From NCBI GenBank assembly GCA_000182565.2, contig KQ257461.1: a DNA stretch of 64,000 nucleotides; one strand, given 5' to 3'. The translations under genes and the position numbers were made by a program. This DNA is from Spizellomyces punctatus DAOM BR117 (lineage: Eukaryota). Each line of letters opens with the position of its first letter. Positions within the stretch are counted from its first letter, which is position 1. This document shows, one piece after another, positions 26,950 to 41,264 of the stretch. Under the pieces are notes generated by a model. The model had not been told where the DNA came from. It saw nothing but the letters and a program-made list of their open reading frames with translations, and did not search any database.

Positions 26950-29058
26950 ATGCATGCGTTCAATGGTGACCGAAAGGGAGAACAAGCCGCCTTTGCTGGG
27001 CAAGATAGTGAGCATGCGGGAACCGCATATCAAGCAGATACTCAACAAAATGATTCACAAATGCTCAGCGCTCCGCAAGTCAAGCAAGAAATTGGAGATG
27101 ACGTGGTGATTGATTGGAAACAATCGCGAACTGAAGCTTGGGCACAAGCACCTCCTAGCATACATCAAAGCCCTCTCCCGGCTAGCACAACAACAGAAGA
27201 GAAAGAAAAGCGGAGCCTTTCCCCCGACTCTGTACAATCTGCAGTCGAGAAAAAGCTACGTCTGGAGTTTGAAGATCTTTCCGATGATGAAGGCGAAACC
27301 CCCACACCTGCGTCCTCTGTAGCGGGAACTCCGGTTGCTACATCTCTGTCATCTGACGAAACCGAACTCGTTCATGGTCTTGAACGTCTCCTCCAAGTAT
27401 ATGATCCAGACCGAGACGCATCTCAGGACGAACAAGCACTTTACGACAAGCTTTACAACTGGATGGAAAGGAGGATGACGATGGACGCAAGGTTCATACC
27501 ATGGAAACCCGACACAACAGAAGAGCAGGCACTATATTCCCCAAGCATATTACACAGCTCGCGCGCAGGTCGATTTCATTACTTCAAATCCCGTCGACAG
27601 TCTGTCAAGAAATATGCGGAACCCGCCACCGCGCTACTGATTGGTAATCTTGCCTGGAAATGGCGAAAGCCTGATGCTGCAGGTCTCCAAGAACAAACAG
27701 AACCCAATATCATTATATCAGGAACTGAAGGCAACGTCACGATGATCAGAGAAGGCACCTCGGCCGAGGATTTCGTCTATGAGACAAAGGGGGACACCAT
27801 CACGACAATGGCTGTCCACAAGATTTTCGCGCACAGTCCTCTTGACCTAATTACTGGGGATGCCGATGGAAACATCAAGTTGATTTCTCAGCAAAGGGTG
27901 TTGGTGAAGCATACGCTGGGGGCTGCAGTAACGTGCATCGAGGTCGTCAATAGTATGGGTGCGTGTAGGCCGCCAAATGAGTTGATGGTGTGAGATCGAC
28001 CACCGTTGCTGAACTTGTCACCAGCAAACAGTACCTATATCGTTGCAGGAGATTCCAGTGGAGTTGTCACCGCATTTGATTTCATTGAGCGACTCTGGCA
28101 GGTGCGAGTAGGCGGGTTGCAAACAGCTCCCGATCACAACGTACGTGTTTCATTGCCCAACATTGAATCCAACCTATTGTTCCACTGATTCGCATTCATA
28201 TTTAGTCAATGGATTACAACCCTGGCATCACTGCCATTCTCTCCCTCAAACTCTATGACCCATACGGCATGCGCAACAGCATTCTCCTTGTCTGTGACGG
28301 CGCACCGCATATTCACGTCTTTCAAGGGGACCAACGGATCTTGACAATGGGTCTTCCATCGAGTGTTACTTCGGTAGGAAAGAACTCTTCTTTCTGTCGT
28401 TAGAATACATATCTCACCTCCGCTTTTCTTTTCGGGGCACAAGATGTTTAAAGGGTACTTCTCCTATCGTAGTTCACCAATAGATACACTCATCCCAAAA
28501 GCAGCTCTTACATCACCACGTTCACACCCCCAAGTCCTTATGGCTACCGACCAAGGAGAAATATTGATCATGGACGGCTGGCTCAATGTAGGCTGTTAAA
28601 GAAATACGATCACATGGTATCGGATGCTGACTCTTTTGACACAGATCCGTCGATACATTGCTCTCGACACCTGCGTAAGGAAACTTAAAGGCTTCAGGTT
28701 GGAATCGCAAACAAAAGACGATACCGATTATATCGCCGTCGTTGGACACTTTTGCGATATGAACGTGTTCAAAGATGGAAAGGTAAGAATGCGACTTTCC
28801 TTAAATTTTTGGCGATTTGACATGGTTCACAACTGAATTTGTAAAAAGCATATATATTCCCTTCCGACGCATGATTGGATTCACGATTTCGACATTATTT
28901 CTCTTCCCGATGATCCAGATGGCGTGCGAGTAGGAGTCACACTACTAGATGGGCATGTCCAGACCTATAGGATGCTTAAATCGGAGGGCAAAGCGGCAGG
29001 AGATAACTCAGACATGGATGTGGACGACGAGGAGGAGGAAGGGGAGATTTTGGAATAG
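26950..29058 (+). CDS. Uncharacterised protein with beta-propeller-like repeats, multi-exon
   Basis: Repeated strand motifs LITGDADGNIKL, IVAGDSSGVVTAF and LMATDQGEILI. GT-AG introns and an acidic C-terminus ending at TAG 29056-29058. Confidence 0.6.
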
Positions 29059-29143
29059 CCAAATGCCACGGTGATATGATTCAATGCCTATGTACAAAAT
29101 GGGTGTGTACAAAACCCCTACGAGAACTCAAGTCACAAAGTCA

Positions 29144-32100
29144 CTATAACAATGCAACCAGGACTCTCCGTGCGAGAACTCCAATTTCGTCATCTGCATG
29201 CCCCGTCACAGCCCCCTCAACGGCTTTCCTGATTCGTGGATCTTTGAACCTGCCGTCATCACTTACAGCCACGCATGCAGCAAGCAGTTTGAGAGCCGAC
29301 ATTTGGACCTGTATGTTGAATAGAGAGAGAAAAGGCGCGGTCAATGGCGATCCGTTCGCTCGCTAAGCGTTGGCTTCGACTGAGATGGGCACTTACGATA
29401 TCAAATGGGCTTTCCAAACCATGCAAACAAGCCTCCGCTAGATCCTCCAAGATACCAGCAATATCAGTCGGTTTCTGATGTGACCCATGCGTGTAGACGT
29501 ACACGATATGAAAGAGCGTCTGCGAGCACAACCAGACGGATGTGAGAGGAAACACTACGAATCCGCACTGTAACTAAAATTCTTACCTGAAAACTAGCGG
29601 CAACCCCTACACTGCCGTTCGTTCCACTCGTGACCCTCAAAACCGTCTTCCAAACCATCGCACCAAGCCAAAGGGCAGCATCACGACGGTCTTCGCTTAA
29701 AAGGTTTTTGAAGGACTTTGAGAGGACATTTGCCATGGCCGTTTGGCAGCTTTCGTTAGGTGGGGAAGCGAGGGTATCGAGGACAAGATTGAGAACGGAT
29801 TCAAATGTGTTTGGTTTCTCTTGACGGGCTAGGGGCGGTTGTTCGGTAGCGAGTAAGGCGATGATGATAGCAAAGAAGTCTATAGCGCTCAAGTGGAGCT
29901 TTTGACCTTCCTCCGTATCTGCGAACCGGTCAATAAAAGTCAGTTTTTTTGCATCCTTAGCATCTCGCGCCCGAAGATTCATCTTTTAGAAACACTCACT
30001 GTCGGCTGAAAACCCTGTCAAAACGCCTCTGGCAACAATTATACCACTCTCCAATATGATTCCTTCAATTTTCCGCCCCCATAGTCCTGCGACGTGGCAC
30101 AACCAGTACACCCAGCCTTTAGTCAACCATATGTCCCCCTCCTCCCATGCCTGCATGAACAGGGGTGGAATGATGACACAAGTCTTTTGTATAGGAAATC
30201 TTGCAAGAATTTCCAGCGACAATTGACGAAGTTGGGCATACTGAGATGGCATGGTCGCGCTGCATTTGTAGACATTTACAAATTGCTAACCGTCAATGCT
30301 GTGTCCAAACCAGAAATTTACGAACGCGATCCTCCTACCAGCGTAAAAGGTGGTTTAGAATGATCGATCCAGTATGCTCTAGCGAAGGACGTTGTGGCTC
30401 GGCCGTAGGCAGTGCATCATCAGTTAAAGACTGGCGATAAATGTAATCTGATGGAACTATAATTGAAGAGAAGGCGTCTATCGGTAGAATCTCACAAAAT
30501 AAAACTCGTCAGCATTATCCTGTAGCGGCATTGGTACGAAGGGAAGACACGCACACCTTTAAAACTAGGAAAGGACACAGTCTCAGAAAAACCAACTCTT
30601 CCCCTTCACCATAATCTCGTTTGCTAGCATCCGTGCAAGTGTCCAGCCGAATCCAGCCGGCCACAATTTCCAAAGCGCACAGACTAGATTCTGGATCGGT
30701 CCAAAAAGCAGCAAGTGTGCTTAAAACTCGCACCATGATAGAATCTTGGGGCGCTGCGTAGAGTTTGCGGAGAAGTATAGGTAGGATCTGTGGCCAGTAT
30801 GCTGGTGGGCATATCTCACCCCACATTTTGAGTGTTGAAAAGAGTGCATCAAGATGGTCTGTGTTGTGAAATGGCAGGGTTACTTTTGATGTTCAGAGGT
30901 GAACGAAGGGAGGAGAGCGCATACCGGTGGAGTTATTTTGAGCATCTGGTTTGTCCAAGGTTGGGGCACCGACCTCTCCTGGAGTTTTCGGTATCCTGTG
31001 CGTTGCCGAAGGTTTGGTTCGTGCTGTAGTTCTTTTGAACATACGAATAATAAGCGCTTTCAGTATGAGATTGTGCGCAACCGTTGAACAAAAAATGGTC
31101 ATTATCAAAACCAACCGGGTATATTCTACGAATGCACTCACAGCTTCCGCCCGTGGCTTGTGCTGTCCTAAGACAGTTACAATCCGTCTTACGGCAGTAG
31201 ACCGGATTTCATCGTCAGGAGAGTTTAATACATCGCAAAGCTTGGGTATCAGATATGTCAGATCTAGCGTTGTATAGGGGAGGAAATTAATCAGAATGAA
31301 TAGAATTTGAAGTTGATCGCAAAATATTACCAAGATGGCTAATCAGGTATTCACACGTATCTCCCGTCCAAACCCCATCATCTCGGATTCTTTGGACAAG
31401 TTGCTCAACCAGCCCTCTTCTGACGGCAAACATCGCAGTAATCTCATCCACAACGGGTAGTAAGTTCTTGCCTGACGCAATCATGTCTAGAAAGCCCTCA
31501 ATGACATCTTCTTTGTTCACAGTGGCCAGAGTGGCGAGAATCCGTGGAGCACCGCTTGCCATGACCTCTGCATCCATCATGGACAAAATTGGACGCGAAA
31601 GTGCAGAGATATGTTTTGGGAGGAAGTGTCGTAAAAGGGCAAGCAGCAGTGGTTGGGCTAAAGGATCACATAACTTCGGACAGAGAGCACCGTAACAAGT
31701 CAAACTTGTGCAGGGAGAAAAGAGCTAATATCGGTCACTTACGTTTTCCGCCACCATATCGCGCAGTCGCTCGTCCAGTCCTGTCTCATTCAAAATATTC
31801 AGAGTCTCCGATTCGGTCCACTGAATGAGGGAGCAGCAAATCACACCAATCGGCTCAAACACAGACTCGCTTCGAGGTACCTGATGATGCATGTCTTAAA
31901 CATGTAATATCTTTGGCCCAAGCATAGCAACCGCGTTCTACCTCATCAAGCTTTGCGCCCAAAAAAGCTTCATATCGAGTGCGCGACATGCTCCAGAGTT
32001 TTGGATGTAGGCCAGAAGCGAGCGATATACAAAGTCCTGATATCGCTTTCGTCACTTCTCCGTTTCTTGATCGGCTACGCAAAGCACAAATAATTTCCAC

Positions 32101-33101
32101 GATCGCACTTAATACTTCCGTCCCAAAGCCATGTGCCCAATAAAACTATTATCATCGAAACTATGAGCCAGAAACACTCTCAGATAGCGCTACAAAGGGA
32201 TACTCACTGGTAAGAGACTATTAACCAGCTCTTCTATGATATCTAGAACTTCACCCATCCTATCATTTACAAGGAGCCCCTGTGCGGCTCCCTTGACTAA
32301 ATCGAAGGCACAGCCTAAGCATCCCGTGGTCAACTTGGTGTGGTGTACAGTATTGTCTTCTGCAACCAGCCTACGCGCACCAATTCTTTGTAAATTTTCC
32401 AAACGTCGCTATCATAGTACGAGTGACATACCTGTCATTGTTGATTCGGTAAAGAAACCCCCGCACCAGCGTCCATGCTTGGACATCACGGAGGAGCAAA
32501 TCAGATCCCTCAGTAGCCAAAACAACACTCAATGCATCCCTCTTGCTTCCCGTTTCGAGAACCTCCATTAGAACAGCCACAAGCTCCACCTTGAATGGGC
32601 CATTGAACAGAAAGGAGATTATTCGGATGGACTTGTTACGATCAGGACCCTTTTTGATGATCTAAGAATATGGTAAGATGAAAGAAGGCATTCGCGCTTT
32701 GTGGACAACCCGGTGGAAGACATACCTTGTCTCGTAAAGGACTCCATATTTCCCTCATGGAAGTTCGCCTGTCGTCATTGCGTTCCAAGTAAGCTTCTAG
32801 ACCTCGCAACGCCGACGCTGTTGGAGCTTGAGTTGATACAAACGCATGTAAGCAAATTTCCATAGGCGTCCCGTCATACATTAAAACACTTGTTGCCTCT
32901 CACCCACGTACTATTGGCGTCGTCTTTACGGTATGCCTCACAGACACGTCTTAGAACGGGCTCGGGTGTATTGAATAGAATGAGGAAGGACTTGCCCAAC
33001 GATGGGGGTACATGGTATGAAGGCTGTGGTGGCTCGAGCACTTGTGAGGGAACAATTCCATTTTGGATATCTTGTATGCTTTTGTTAATGTAGTCTACCA
33101 T
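29144..33101 (-). CDS. Large uncharacterised helical (ARM/HEAT-like) protein, many exons
   Basis: Chain of Leu-rich amphipathic ORF segments on the minus strand separated by short GT-AG introns. Exon structure not fully resolved. Confidence 0.6.
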
Positions 33102-33858
33102 TGTCAAGAAGCACCCCAGGAATATGAGTTAGGATCTGAGGTGTTCGACAACGGTTGGGGTGAGTCACGTTGTTACCATAGCATTGCGCAGCATTTGGAT
33201 GTTGTTTGGTTACGTAAAAACTTTTTGAGAAATTATGCTATTTTCCAAATGCAAACACCCTTGCTTTGCCGTCTTGGGCATCTTGAAGCTCTAGCTGAGG
33301 GTCAACCAAGCTAACACCATGGATGGCACTTCGTTGCGTTTGAACCACATAATGGGCAAACGAGACATATGTCAGGCCACTCAGATGTATTGTGCCCTAC
33401 GGTCGTTACTCCAGATATGCAGAAGAAACATGCATTTTGAAAAGAGTGGCGGCCGTGATGGAATTTTCGTGGAGTATATAACACCCGCATGAGGAAAACC
33501 AACAAAGCACAAATCCGTGTATACTGTTTACATTCACTTTTGCCATATGGCATGAGAAGCGTCTTTTTGAATGAATATGGACAAGTAGCTTTGTGTAATG
33601 GTGAGTGCTTCCCCTATTGAAGATATTTTTATCGCATTTCTGAAAGGAGGATCGGATTTCTAAGAATAGGGACTTTCGTTCCTTTGGGTTTGGGTGGGCT
33701 TCCATTTATTCTAAACTCCAATATTGTCTTTATATTTTTGTTCGAGCTGCCAAGTCGGAGGCTTAGCTCCGATTAAAGCTCGACTTAAAAGCCAGGCTCC
33801 CCTCGTCTGAGTACTCGTACATACGTTCAGACTTTGTACTTTCCATACAGTTGACACC

Positions 33859-34987
33859 ATGTTCGGCGGAAAAACCCCTGTGCATCTCCACGTTCCCGAT
33901 ACTCACGCAATAGGAGACCGTCCTCTCGTTGGTGCCGTTACCATCGACGTATCGAGTCCATTGGAAATCAAAGGCGTTCAAGTCAGCTTCTACGGGGAAG
34001 CGGAAATAGAGTATGAGTACACCAAGATGGAGGAAAACTCGGAGGGACAGAAAGTCAGCAAGAAACACGAGTTCAAGAAGGAGAAAAAGTTTGATAAAAC
34101 GAAGGTTCAGGTTACTGGCCCTCAGGTATGCACAGCGTGGTCAACTTTAATGTGCTGCCGAAAGGCTTACCGAATTTGTTATTTTTCTTTTACAGAAATT
34201 GAACCCTGGCAACTATACCTTCCCCTTTGAGCTCAACCTTCCTACCCACCTGCAGCCCTCGTTCAAATATAAGAAAGATAAAATGGAGGTGGAAATCAAA
34301 TATCGCCTCCATGCAAAAGTGCTAAAAGGAGCATTGAAGTCAGACAGCAAGTCAGAAAAAGCTCCTCTGAAGATTCTCCCAGCTGTCCCTGCCCCGTCTC
34401 CCAAAGAAAAGAGCGACACGAACAAGTTCATGTTTGGAAAGGGAACCAGCACAGTGAGCGTGAAGCTGCCGGACACAACCTTCACTCTTGGTCAATCTAT
34501 CGTGTTCAATGTCGAATGTAATAACGACTCTAAGAAGAACAACAAGGGGATCAAGGGCAAGCTTGAGCAGAAAATTAAGCTTAAGAGTGGCGAAGCCGAG
34601 GTTCCAGACTACCACCATGAGAAGACCGTTGCCGAGTCCAAAGCAGAAGGTGCTGGCGAGAACCGCACGACGGTTGTTCGCGAATTGAAGCTTGAAACCA
34701 GCAACCTCCCACCCACAGTTCACCATCCTTTCATCGAGATCGAATACAAGCTTCACGCATCAGCTGACTACAGCTTTGCAAAAGATCCTGCTGTGAAGGT
34801 TGACGTGGTTATTATCCCTCGTCAAGCGCAGCAATCTCATCCAGGTGCCAGCACCGGCCAGAACTACACATGGAACACTGCTCAATCTCCCGCCCAACCC
34901 ATGCCCATGCCAATGGCAATACCAGTGGAGATGCCAACGCCGATGCCGATGCCCATGGCGGAACAACCGGTTCACGTTAGTGCGTAA
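33859..34987 (+). CDS. Arrestin-fold (alpha-arrestin-like) protein, 2 exons
   Basis: Motifs GVQVSFYGEA, PGNYTFPFELNLP..LQPSF, IKYRLHA and LPPTVHHPFIEIEYKL. Intron at about 34126-34194. Confidence 0.88.
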
Positions 34988-35461
34988 GTAGATACCTTAT
35001 TATATACTCCGCTTAAAAATGTGCTAGTTAGAATCAAGCAGAATCGAAATATTAGACATCTTATTCGTCAGACTTGCAGTAGAGTATACATTGATATAAG
35101 AACAAATTATACAATGGAACCATACGTATGTGTAGATACAACTTGCAGGTGTTTCCTTGGGCAACAATGTCCTTCTGTACAAACCCGCGACATTCATCTA
35201 AATGAAATGCCACTGAAGCCTTCCCAGTTCATCCCCACGTCGCGATCACTAAAGCCGGGGTCGTCAGCGTAGTAGTTGCGGCGGATTCGAGGGGGTACTG
35301 ATGCTGGCTTGGCCACCGACTGCCTGGTTGATGGACTGCCGATCAATATAGTAAATCTCTGTCAATCATTGCCGAAATGCGATTCCGAAGAAAAGGCGGC
35401 ATATTCGGAGTTCGGACACGCCACACACCCACGAAGGGAGTCGGTAACTACTATATCTAAC

Positions 35462-38400
35462 TCACCCTCGCATGTTCATATTTCGTCCAGCGGAACTGCT
35501 TCCGGTCTTTCCTCTTCCCCTCCACTGACCGCGTCCTCTCCATCCAGAATTCTTGCCCCGCCATTTCTTTCCACTTCCAGTTCTGCCGGCAGGAGTTTGT
35601 TTGGGTGGGGTTTCGCGTGGAACTCGCTTTCCTTTGCTATCAAACTGTTTATGGAACATCTCCAGACTTCCACTTACATCCTCTCCATCAGCAAGATGTT
35701 CGAAGCCCTCAAGCGGCGATAGATTTTCATCATCCTCGTCATTTCCGAAGCCACTGCGGTCATCTTCCGCCAGGGTTGCTTGCTGTGCCCATATAAAATT
35801 GTCTCCCGCATGCTGTAATGAACTGACTGGTGGGCGGACGTCGTTGTAATCACCATCCCATTCGTAAGGGATGTTCTGCTCTACTTGGCCGTCCCACGCA
35901 GGATTATCGGTACCCACGTCTTCAGAGAGACCGGTAGCCATACTTTGCATCTTCCTTATATCGTTCTCTTTTGGCATCGTGTTTTCGGAAAGGTCAACAG
36001 GTCCTTGCACGTTATCTGCGCCCTTCTGACGGTCCAAGTCGTCCTCCACATGCTGTTGTAGATTTTCTTTTAAAACCATCTTATCACAGATGAAGCATTG
36101 TTCCCAACTTTCTTGACGATTCCTTCGAACATCTGGTTTTCGTCGTTTTCCAGGACTGCTTATTCGTGGGTCCGGAACTGAAAAATACTAGTCAGAAAAG
36201 AGAGGGAGTAGGTATTTTGCAAAGAATGTCATACCAGTCCCGCTTCCGTTTCCATTTTGGAGTTGGCTTTCACGCTTTTCTTCTCGGTTAACATACCACA
36301 AGATGTTCGGTCCAGGCATATCATCTGGGTCCAGGTCGCTGTCCTCGCTGCTATCTTCTAACATATTCGTCTTTCCACCTGGAGTGCGTTTTTGAAGGCG
36401 ACGTTTGCGACTGAGTTCAGACAGTCTGCGCTTCTTTTCCTCCTTCGAGGCACATGGTGGTTGGGGGGTGTCGCTTTCGGATTCGATTGTGATTGCTAGA
36501 GTGCGATTAGGTGATGAGACAGGGGTATTGCCGTTGCAAGCAGAAGCATGCTCCTCGACGGCATCGGCAAAGAAATATTTGCTGCAGATGGGGCATGCAA
36601 CCTTAGTGCCATCACCGAGGTAAATGTCAATTCACGACTTTCAATAATCCGAATGGAGGCCCACTTACCTTATCGAACCCCGAGTCCTGTTCACCCAGAC
36701 CAGGGGTGTTATCTATTTTTCCTGGCACGGTTCGATCGTTCGAATCCTTCCCGATAATGTCCAACGTCAAATCTAACGCATCATCTTTACTGCTATCACT
36801 CTCGGACACGTCTTCTTGCAGGTTCTCGCCAAGTTCCATTGGAATTCGCTCGTGGGGTTCAACATTGTTCATTCCGAACAAGTCCCTAAAAGATCTGGGT
36901 TTCAGATCCGACTGCGGTATGTCCTGCGCTAGGTCCTTTCCCCTTTGCCGCTCGCTTCGCGGCACCCCAGTCGTGCTAGGCGAGATTCCAGGGGTGAAGC
37001 TGAACCGGGTGGCTGCTTTTACCCCACTTGTACTTCCAAGGTCAAAAAACTCGTCAGCAGGTTGAACGGGAGTAAAGACAGATGTGGCCGAAACAACTTT
37101 GGGTATTGGCTTCCCAATTTTAGTGGCAGTATCAATCCTATTGACCTCCTTCGACGCCTCAGAAGACGAGAGTACTCGACCCGAAGATGACGCCGATGCC
37201 AGCACGGGCGATGATCGAGCATGTTGCATGGCGGGGGATTGTCGTTCGCTCGCTAGCCAAGGCCTTTGTCTGCCAGCTGACGCGCTAGCACCAAATTGCC
37301 AATCTGGACCCCCTTTTTGGCTTGATGTCGGACCTGGTGTAGTCAAAATAAGAATATCAACATCATCTTCCAGTTCGTCAACACGACTGTTTTGATTAGA
37401 TGTGCCATTTCGGGTGCGAGCTCCTTTTTCGGGCGTTTGCTCCACGGAGGACTGCAAGGAAAACTCTGGTGTAGCCTTGGCATGTTCAGGCTCACAGCCC
37501 TGGGGAAAAGCTGCATTGGCCACATCCTTCTCCGAAAGTGTCCCACTTCCAGCAACGCGGCGCTTTTTTGCCGGTGACTCAAAGAGAGGGCTTGCGTAAA
37601 TCGCGTGAGGGTTACTGGCAATGGTATTTTCTTCTGCCGACACCACGGCTTCAGGATTTTCCCATAATGGCGAATCGCTTTTGACTGAGCCTTCATCTCC
37701 GGCTTCCTTGCCCCCAATGACGGTCTCCGACGTTGTTTTAACTGGTATCATGATCTCCACCTCCAGGTGCTTACGTTTAAGCTTTTGGGTTTCAGGCGTT
37801 TCACTCTGCTTTAGAACATCTTCATGAGATATGATCCGGGGACTGGTTCGACGTGACTTGGACAGCGAGACCGAGTCCTTTTTGGTGGGGTCCGGAGGAG
37901 ACGCGCTGCGTCGTATTTTGACCAGATTCCGAATCGAGATAGGTGTGGATCCTGGTAGAGACATAAGCCCTTCGGTTTTGTTGATAGGAACGTCGCTCAG
38001 CGATGGATCAGAAGCAGATTCAGTTTTGTGAGACTCTGAGCAGGACTGTGCCTCGTCAGCTAACTTCGGCAGAACGCAGCGGGACCCGCGTTCTCCTGTC
38101 GTTTCACGGGACCACGGTTTAGAAGCAGTCGGAGCCCTGGCTGCCCGTGTGCGATTCACATGTCGCGGGTCAATCTGGTATAGTGCGTACAGAGTGGACA
38201 AAAACCGTTTGTGACGACGCTTTCGTTCGGTTTGGCTCATTCTTGCGCCATGCTCCACTTCAGTGGCTTCAGAAAGGCTGCTTGTTTTCTCACAACCTTC
38301 ACTTTGGGAGATACCGGATACACTCTCCACCAGGAGACCGTGATTACCTCGTAATTCGGACATGGCGGATCGTGTCCTCGTCACTTTGCCAAATTGATGT

Positions 38401-39350
38401 GACTGGCTTTCCGGGGTCAAGGAAGTATTTGAATGCATGCTTTTGGACGGCTGGCCAATTTGCGATTCCTTATCAGTCCCTCTATGCGTTCCCCGGCGTG
38501 TGGGAATTGGGATAGTCACTGATTCGTCTCCACTGGACGGCGTCTCTGATTTGGCACGAGTATTGCTCTTGAAACTTCCGCTGCTTTTTTCTTGATTCAA
38601 TCTAACGGCGTTTGGAGGTGACGATTCCCGTCCTGCTTTCGCTTGAATATCAATATTGCAAAGTTTCTTGACACGCCCACTAGACAACGTTGGTGTAGCT
38701 GGAGAATTGCGAGGAGTGAATCTTTTTCTCTTCTTCCGCTTGGATGAAGGTTTCTCTTGCTCATAGTCGATATCTAAACTGACTGTGGGTTCAGCGCAAT
38801 CAGAATAGTTTTTTTCAGAGGGTCGACGGGAGGATCCAAGCGAATGGTTATTTCCGGGTGACTGCTCTATTGGAAAGTCTCTGGAATCATGGCGGGCATC
38901 GGCCTGATTTTTTGACAGATCATTATTTGCGGATCCTGTATCGCTGCACTGGTTATCGGCTTCATGGCGAGTGGACTGAATTTCACTGAGGATGACATGC
39001 TGCTGGTGACGGTGCTCCTGAAGGCTAAGCGCGACGGCTCGTGAGAGTTCGTCATTGTAGTCGTCATTCCCTGTACTGCCCTCAGCAGAGCTTGCGGTAC
39101 CTGCCGACCAAACCATAGAATATCAGCAGTGTTTGCCAAGGGAAGAGATCTACAGAAAAGACACCGCCTACCGTCTCTTTTGCGGCACGATACCATTGTT
39201 TGTAAACAAGGTGCTGTCAGCGTCTATATCTCAAAACGCACAAGCTGTGGCGAGGTTTCTGTAAAACGGTCTGGCCTACCTGGAATGGGAGAAGGTGAGG
39301 GTCGTTTGAGAGGTCCGTGACCTCTTCTTGGACCTCATTCCTCTAACCAT
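35462..39350 (-). CDS. Large Ser/charged low-complexity protein with a UIM-like motif, multi-exon
   Basis: 829-codon and 205-codon ORFs linked by introns. DELSRAVALSLQE resembles a ubiquitin-interacting motif; KRKKRKR is NLS-like. 5' end uncertain. Confidence 0.6.
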
Positions 39351-39575
39351 TGTCCATCACAACCCGCCCCTTTCGTCCAGGCGACAACTAGGACGCCTCA
39401 AGACTTAGACCGGACTAATCCAATGGCGCCCAATTATAAAGCCACGCTCTCTGTATAGGTGGGGATGCGCGATCGCCTGTCTGTCCTGTGCAAAAAGTTG
39501 CTGTGAAGTTCATTTTACCTTTTCAGGAGTGCAGTTCTACATTAGCTATGTACTTACAATCCAACGTTTTCACTA

Positions 39576-39647
39576 TCCGCATTGGTCCAGTGGTTAGGAT
39601 TCCGCGCTCTCACCGCGGCGGCCGGGGTTCGATTCCCCGATGCGGAA
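39576..39647 (+). tRNA. tRNA-Glu(CTC)
   Basis: 72 nt; acceptor TCCGCAT/ATGCGGA, anticodon arm CCGCG-CTCTCAC-CGCGG, T loop GGTTCGATTCC, following T-run. Confidence 0.96.
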
Positions 39648-40096
39648 ATTTTAAAATGCGCTGTGTTCTTTTAATAATTTTAGATTTTTGCCAATTACCG
39701 TCATTCTGATAGGTCTTTGTCCGTTGACAACGTACGTCTGTAGTATCTGTCTCTTTGGCTTATGCTCACCTGTATTTGGAAGGAATTCTTCTTTCCTTCT
39801 ACGGACTACAATTTGCCACCACTTCAAACGCCCGTGGATGTGTAATGTGCTATGAGCATTGATGAATTCTTTGTGCACTTTTTGGAAAAATCGGGCAACG
39901 ACCCATACAATTTCCATTTGTCCCGTGCAATTGACGTTGAGTCTGGAGAAACCATAGCCAGGCGGATCTAGGTCTCTACTGCCGATGAGCGCAGGATTTC
40001 ATCAGAACCATTTGATCGTTGATCTTGATTTGTTAAGCATACCACGTGTTCTGAGCTTCAAAGTCTCACATCGCGAAAACAAGTCCTCGCAGACCA

Positions 40097-40621
40097 ATGA
40101 CCATAGAGCCCATCGTAGAGGCCAAGCCGGATTCTCTGTCTATTCATGTTCCGACAAATGTTTGCCTCACTGCCCAAAATGATGTTCTGCCGGCAGACAA
40201 CAATGAGCCCACTATTCGGCTTCTACACAACATCAACAACCGGCTAGCACGGCTGGAACAGCTTCTCATTTCTGAGGAATCCACTCCAGCGACGCTACAA
40301 AGCACCATACCGGGTACCATCATATCCTCTGCTGATGCCTTGTGTCCGCAGTCTCTAGCCACACGGTTCATTCGTTCCATTCCTTCCCGAGCCATTGCAG
40401 CGGCGCGAAACGCCGTGCTAAGACAGCTACAGAGTTTTGCGATCACGACCGTTTCCAGCTTGCTCATGTTTCTTTGGATACGAAAGCTGCGCAAGGTTTT
40501 TCTGAAATGGGCAATTTTGCTACTCTTCAAGACGGCGGAATGGACCCGGCACGAGAATATGAGAGCGTTTAGAAAGGCTGGCCAAAAGGCACTAATGGTG
40601 GCGACTCGTATCCTTCAATAG
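40097..40621 (+). CDS. Hypothetical protein with short coiled coil and C-terminal hydrophobic helix
   Basis: 174-aa ATG ORF containing INNRLARLEQLL and FAITTVSSLLMFLWI. Confidence 0.55.
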   Translation: MTIEPIVEAKPDSLSIHVPTNVCLTAQNDVLPADNNEPTIRLLHNINNRLARLEQLLISEESTPATLQSTIPGTIISSADALCPQSLATRFIRSIPSRAIAAARNAVLRQLQSFAITTVSSLLMFLWIRKLRKVFLKWAILLLFKTAEWTRHENMRAFRKAGQKALMVATRILQ

Positions 40622-41264
40622 TGTTACATAGTGTTACATATCTCCTTTAGCTACATAGAATATAAAGCATCTATAGAGGCGGAAACGGTTGGATGTTGGT
40701 CTGTGGACAATACAGCCGGCAACCATAGGTGAATCCTTTCTCCAAAGATCATCGCTGAGTGTATCGGCAGCCGAACCTGTCGGACGCAACACGTGATACG
40801 TCCGTCAATTTGTTTGTGATGGGTGCCCTGGCTGGCTTCGTTCGACTGCTCCATCTTTGACGACTAATACCTCTCCTTCATCGTAATTGTCTTTCCAGAC
40901 TTTCCGTCAGACTTGTCGTTTTTGAATTTTGGGGTAGCCTTAATCGAAGGGAGCTCCCAAACCGCTAACTAGTTGGATTCTGCAGCAGCATTCTAGAGAA
41001 GGAATCGTGCCACGAGCCCGTGCGGCAGGAGATCCTTAGCCTCTTGTAGTGTTTTACGTTTACTTACCGCTGTTATTGTCGAGTGACGGACGCTATAGCT
41101 GCCTGCTTTGCAGCTAGTACCTTGGGGTGCAATCATGACAGCTCCGGCCATACCAGGTGCGCAGACACAACCTTCACATCCAAACTGGAAACTGGGCTAT
41201 TCATGCCTGTAACCAGCACGTCCCGTCGCTTACGCCCAAGTGTCGTGCGTTCTGTCGCTACAGC

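Noticed and set aside
33311-33705. Possible small Cys-rich gene on the minus strand
   Set aside because: No convincing motif or splice model.
40621-40640. GTGTTACATA x2, and other short palindromes such as 16453-16467
   Set aside because: Too short; expected by chance or local slippage. No CRISPR-like array was seen in the window.
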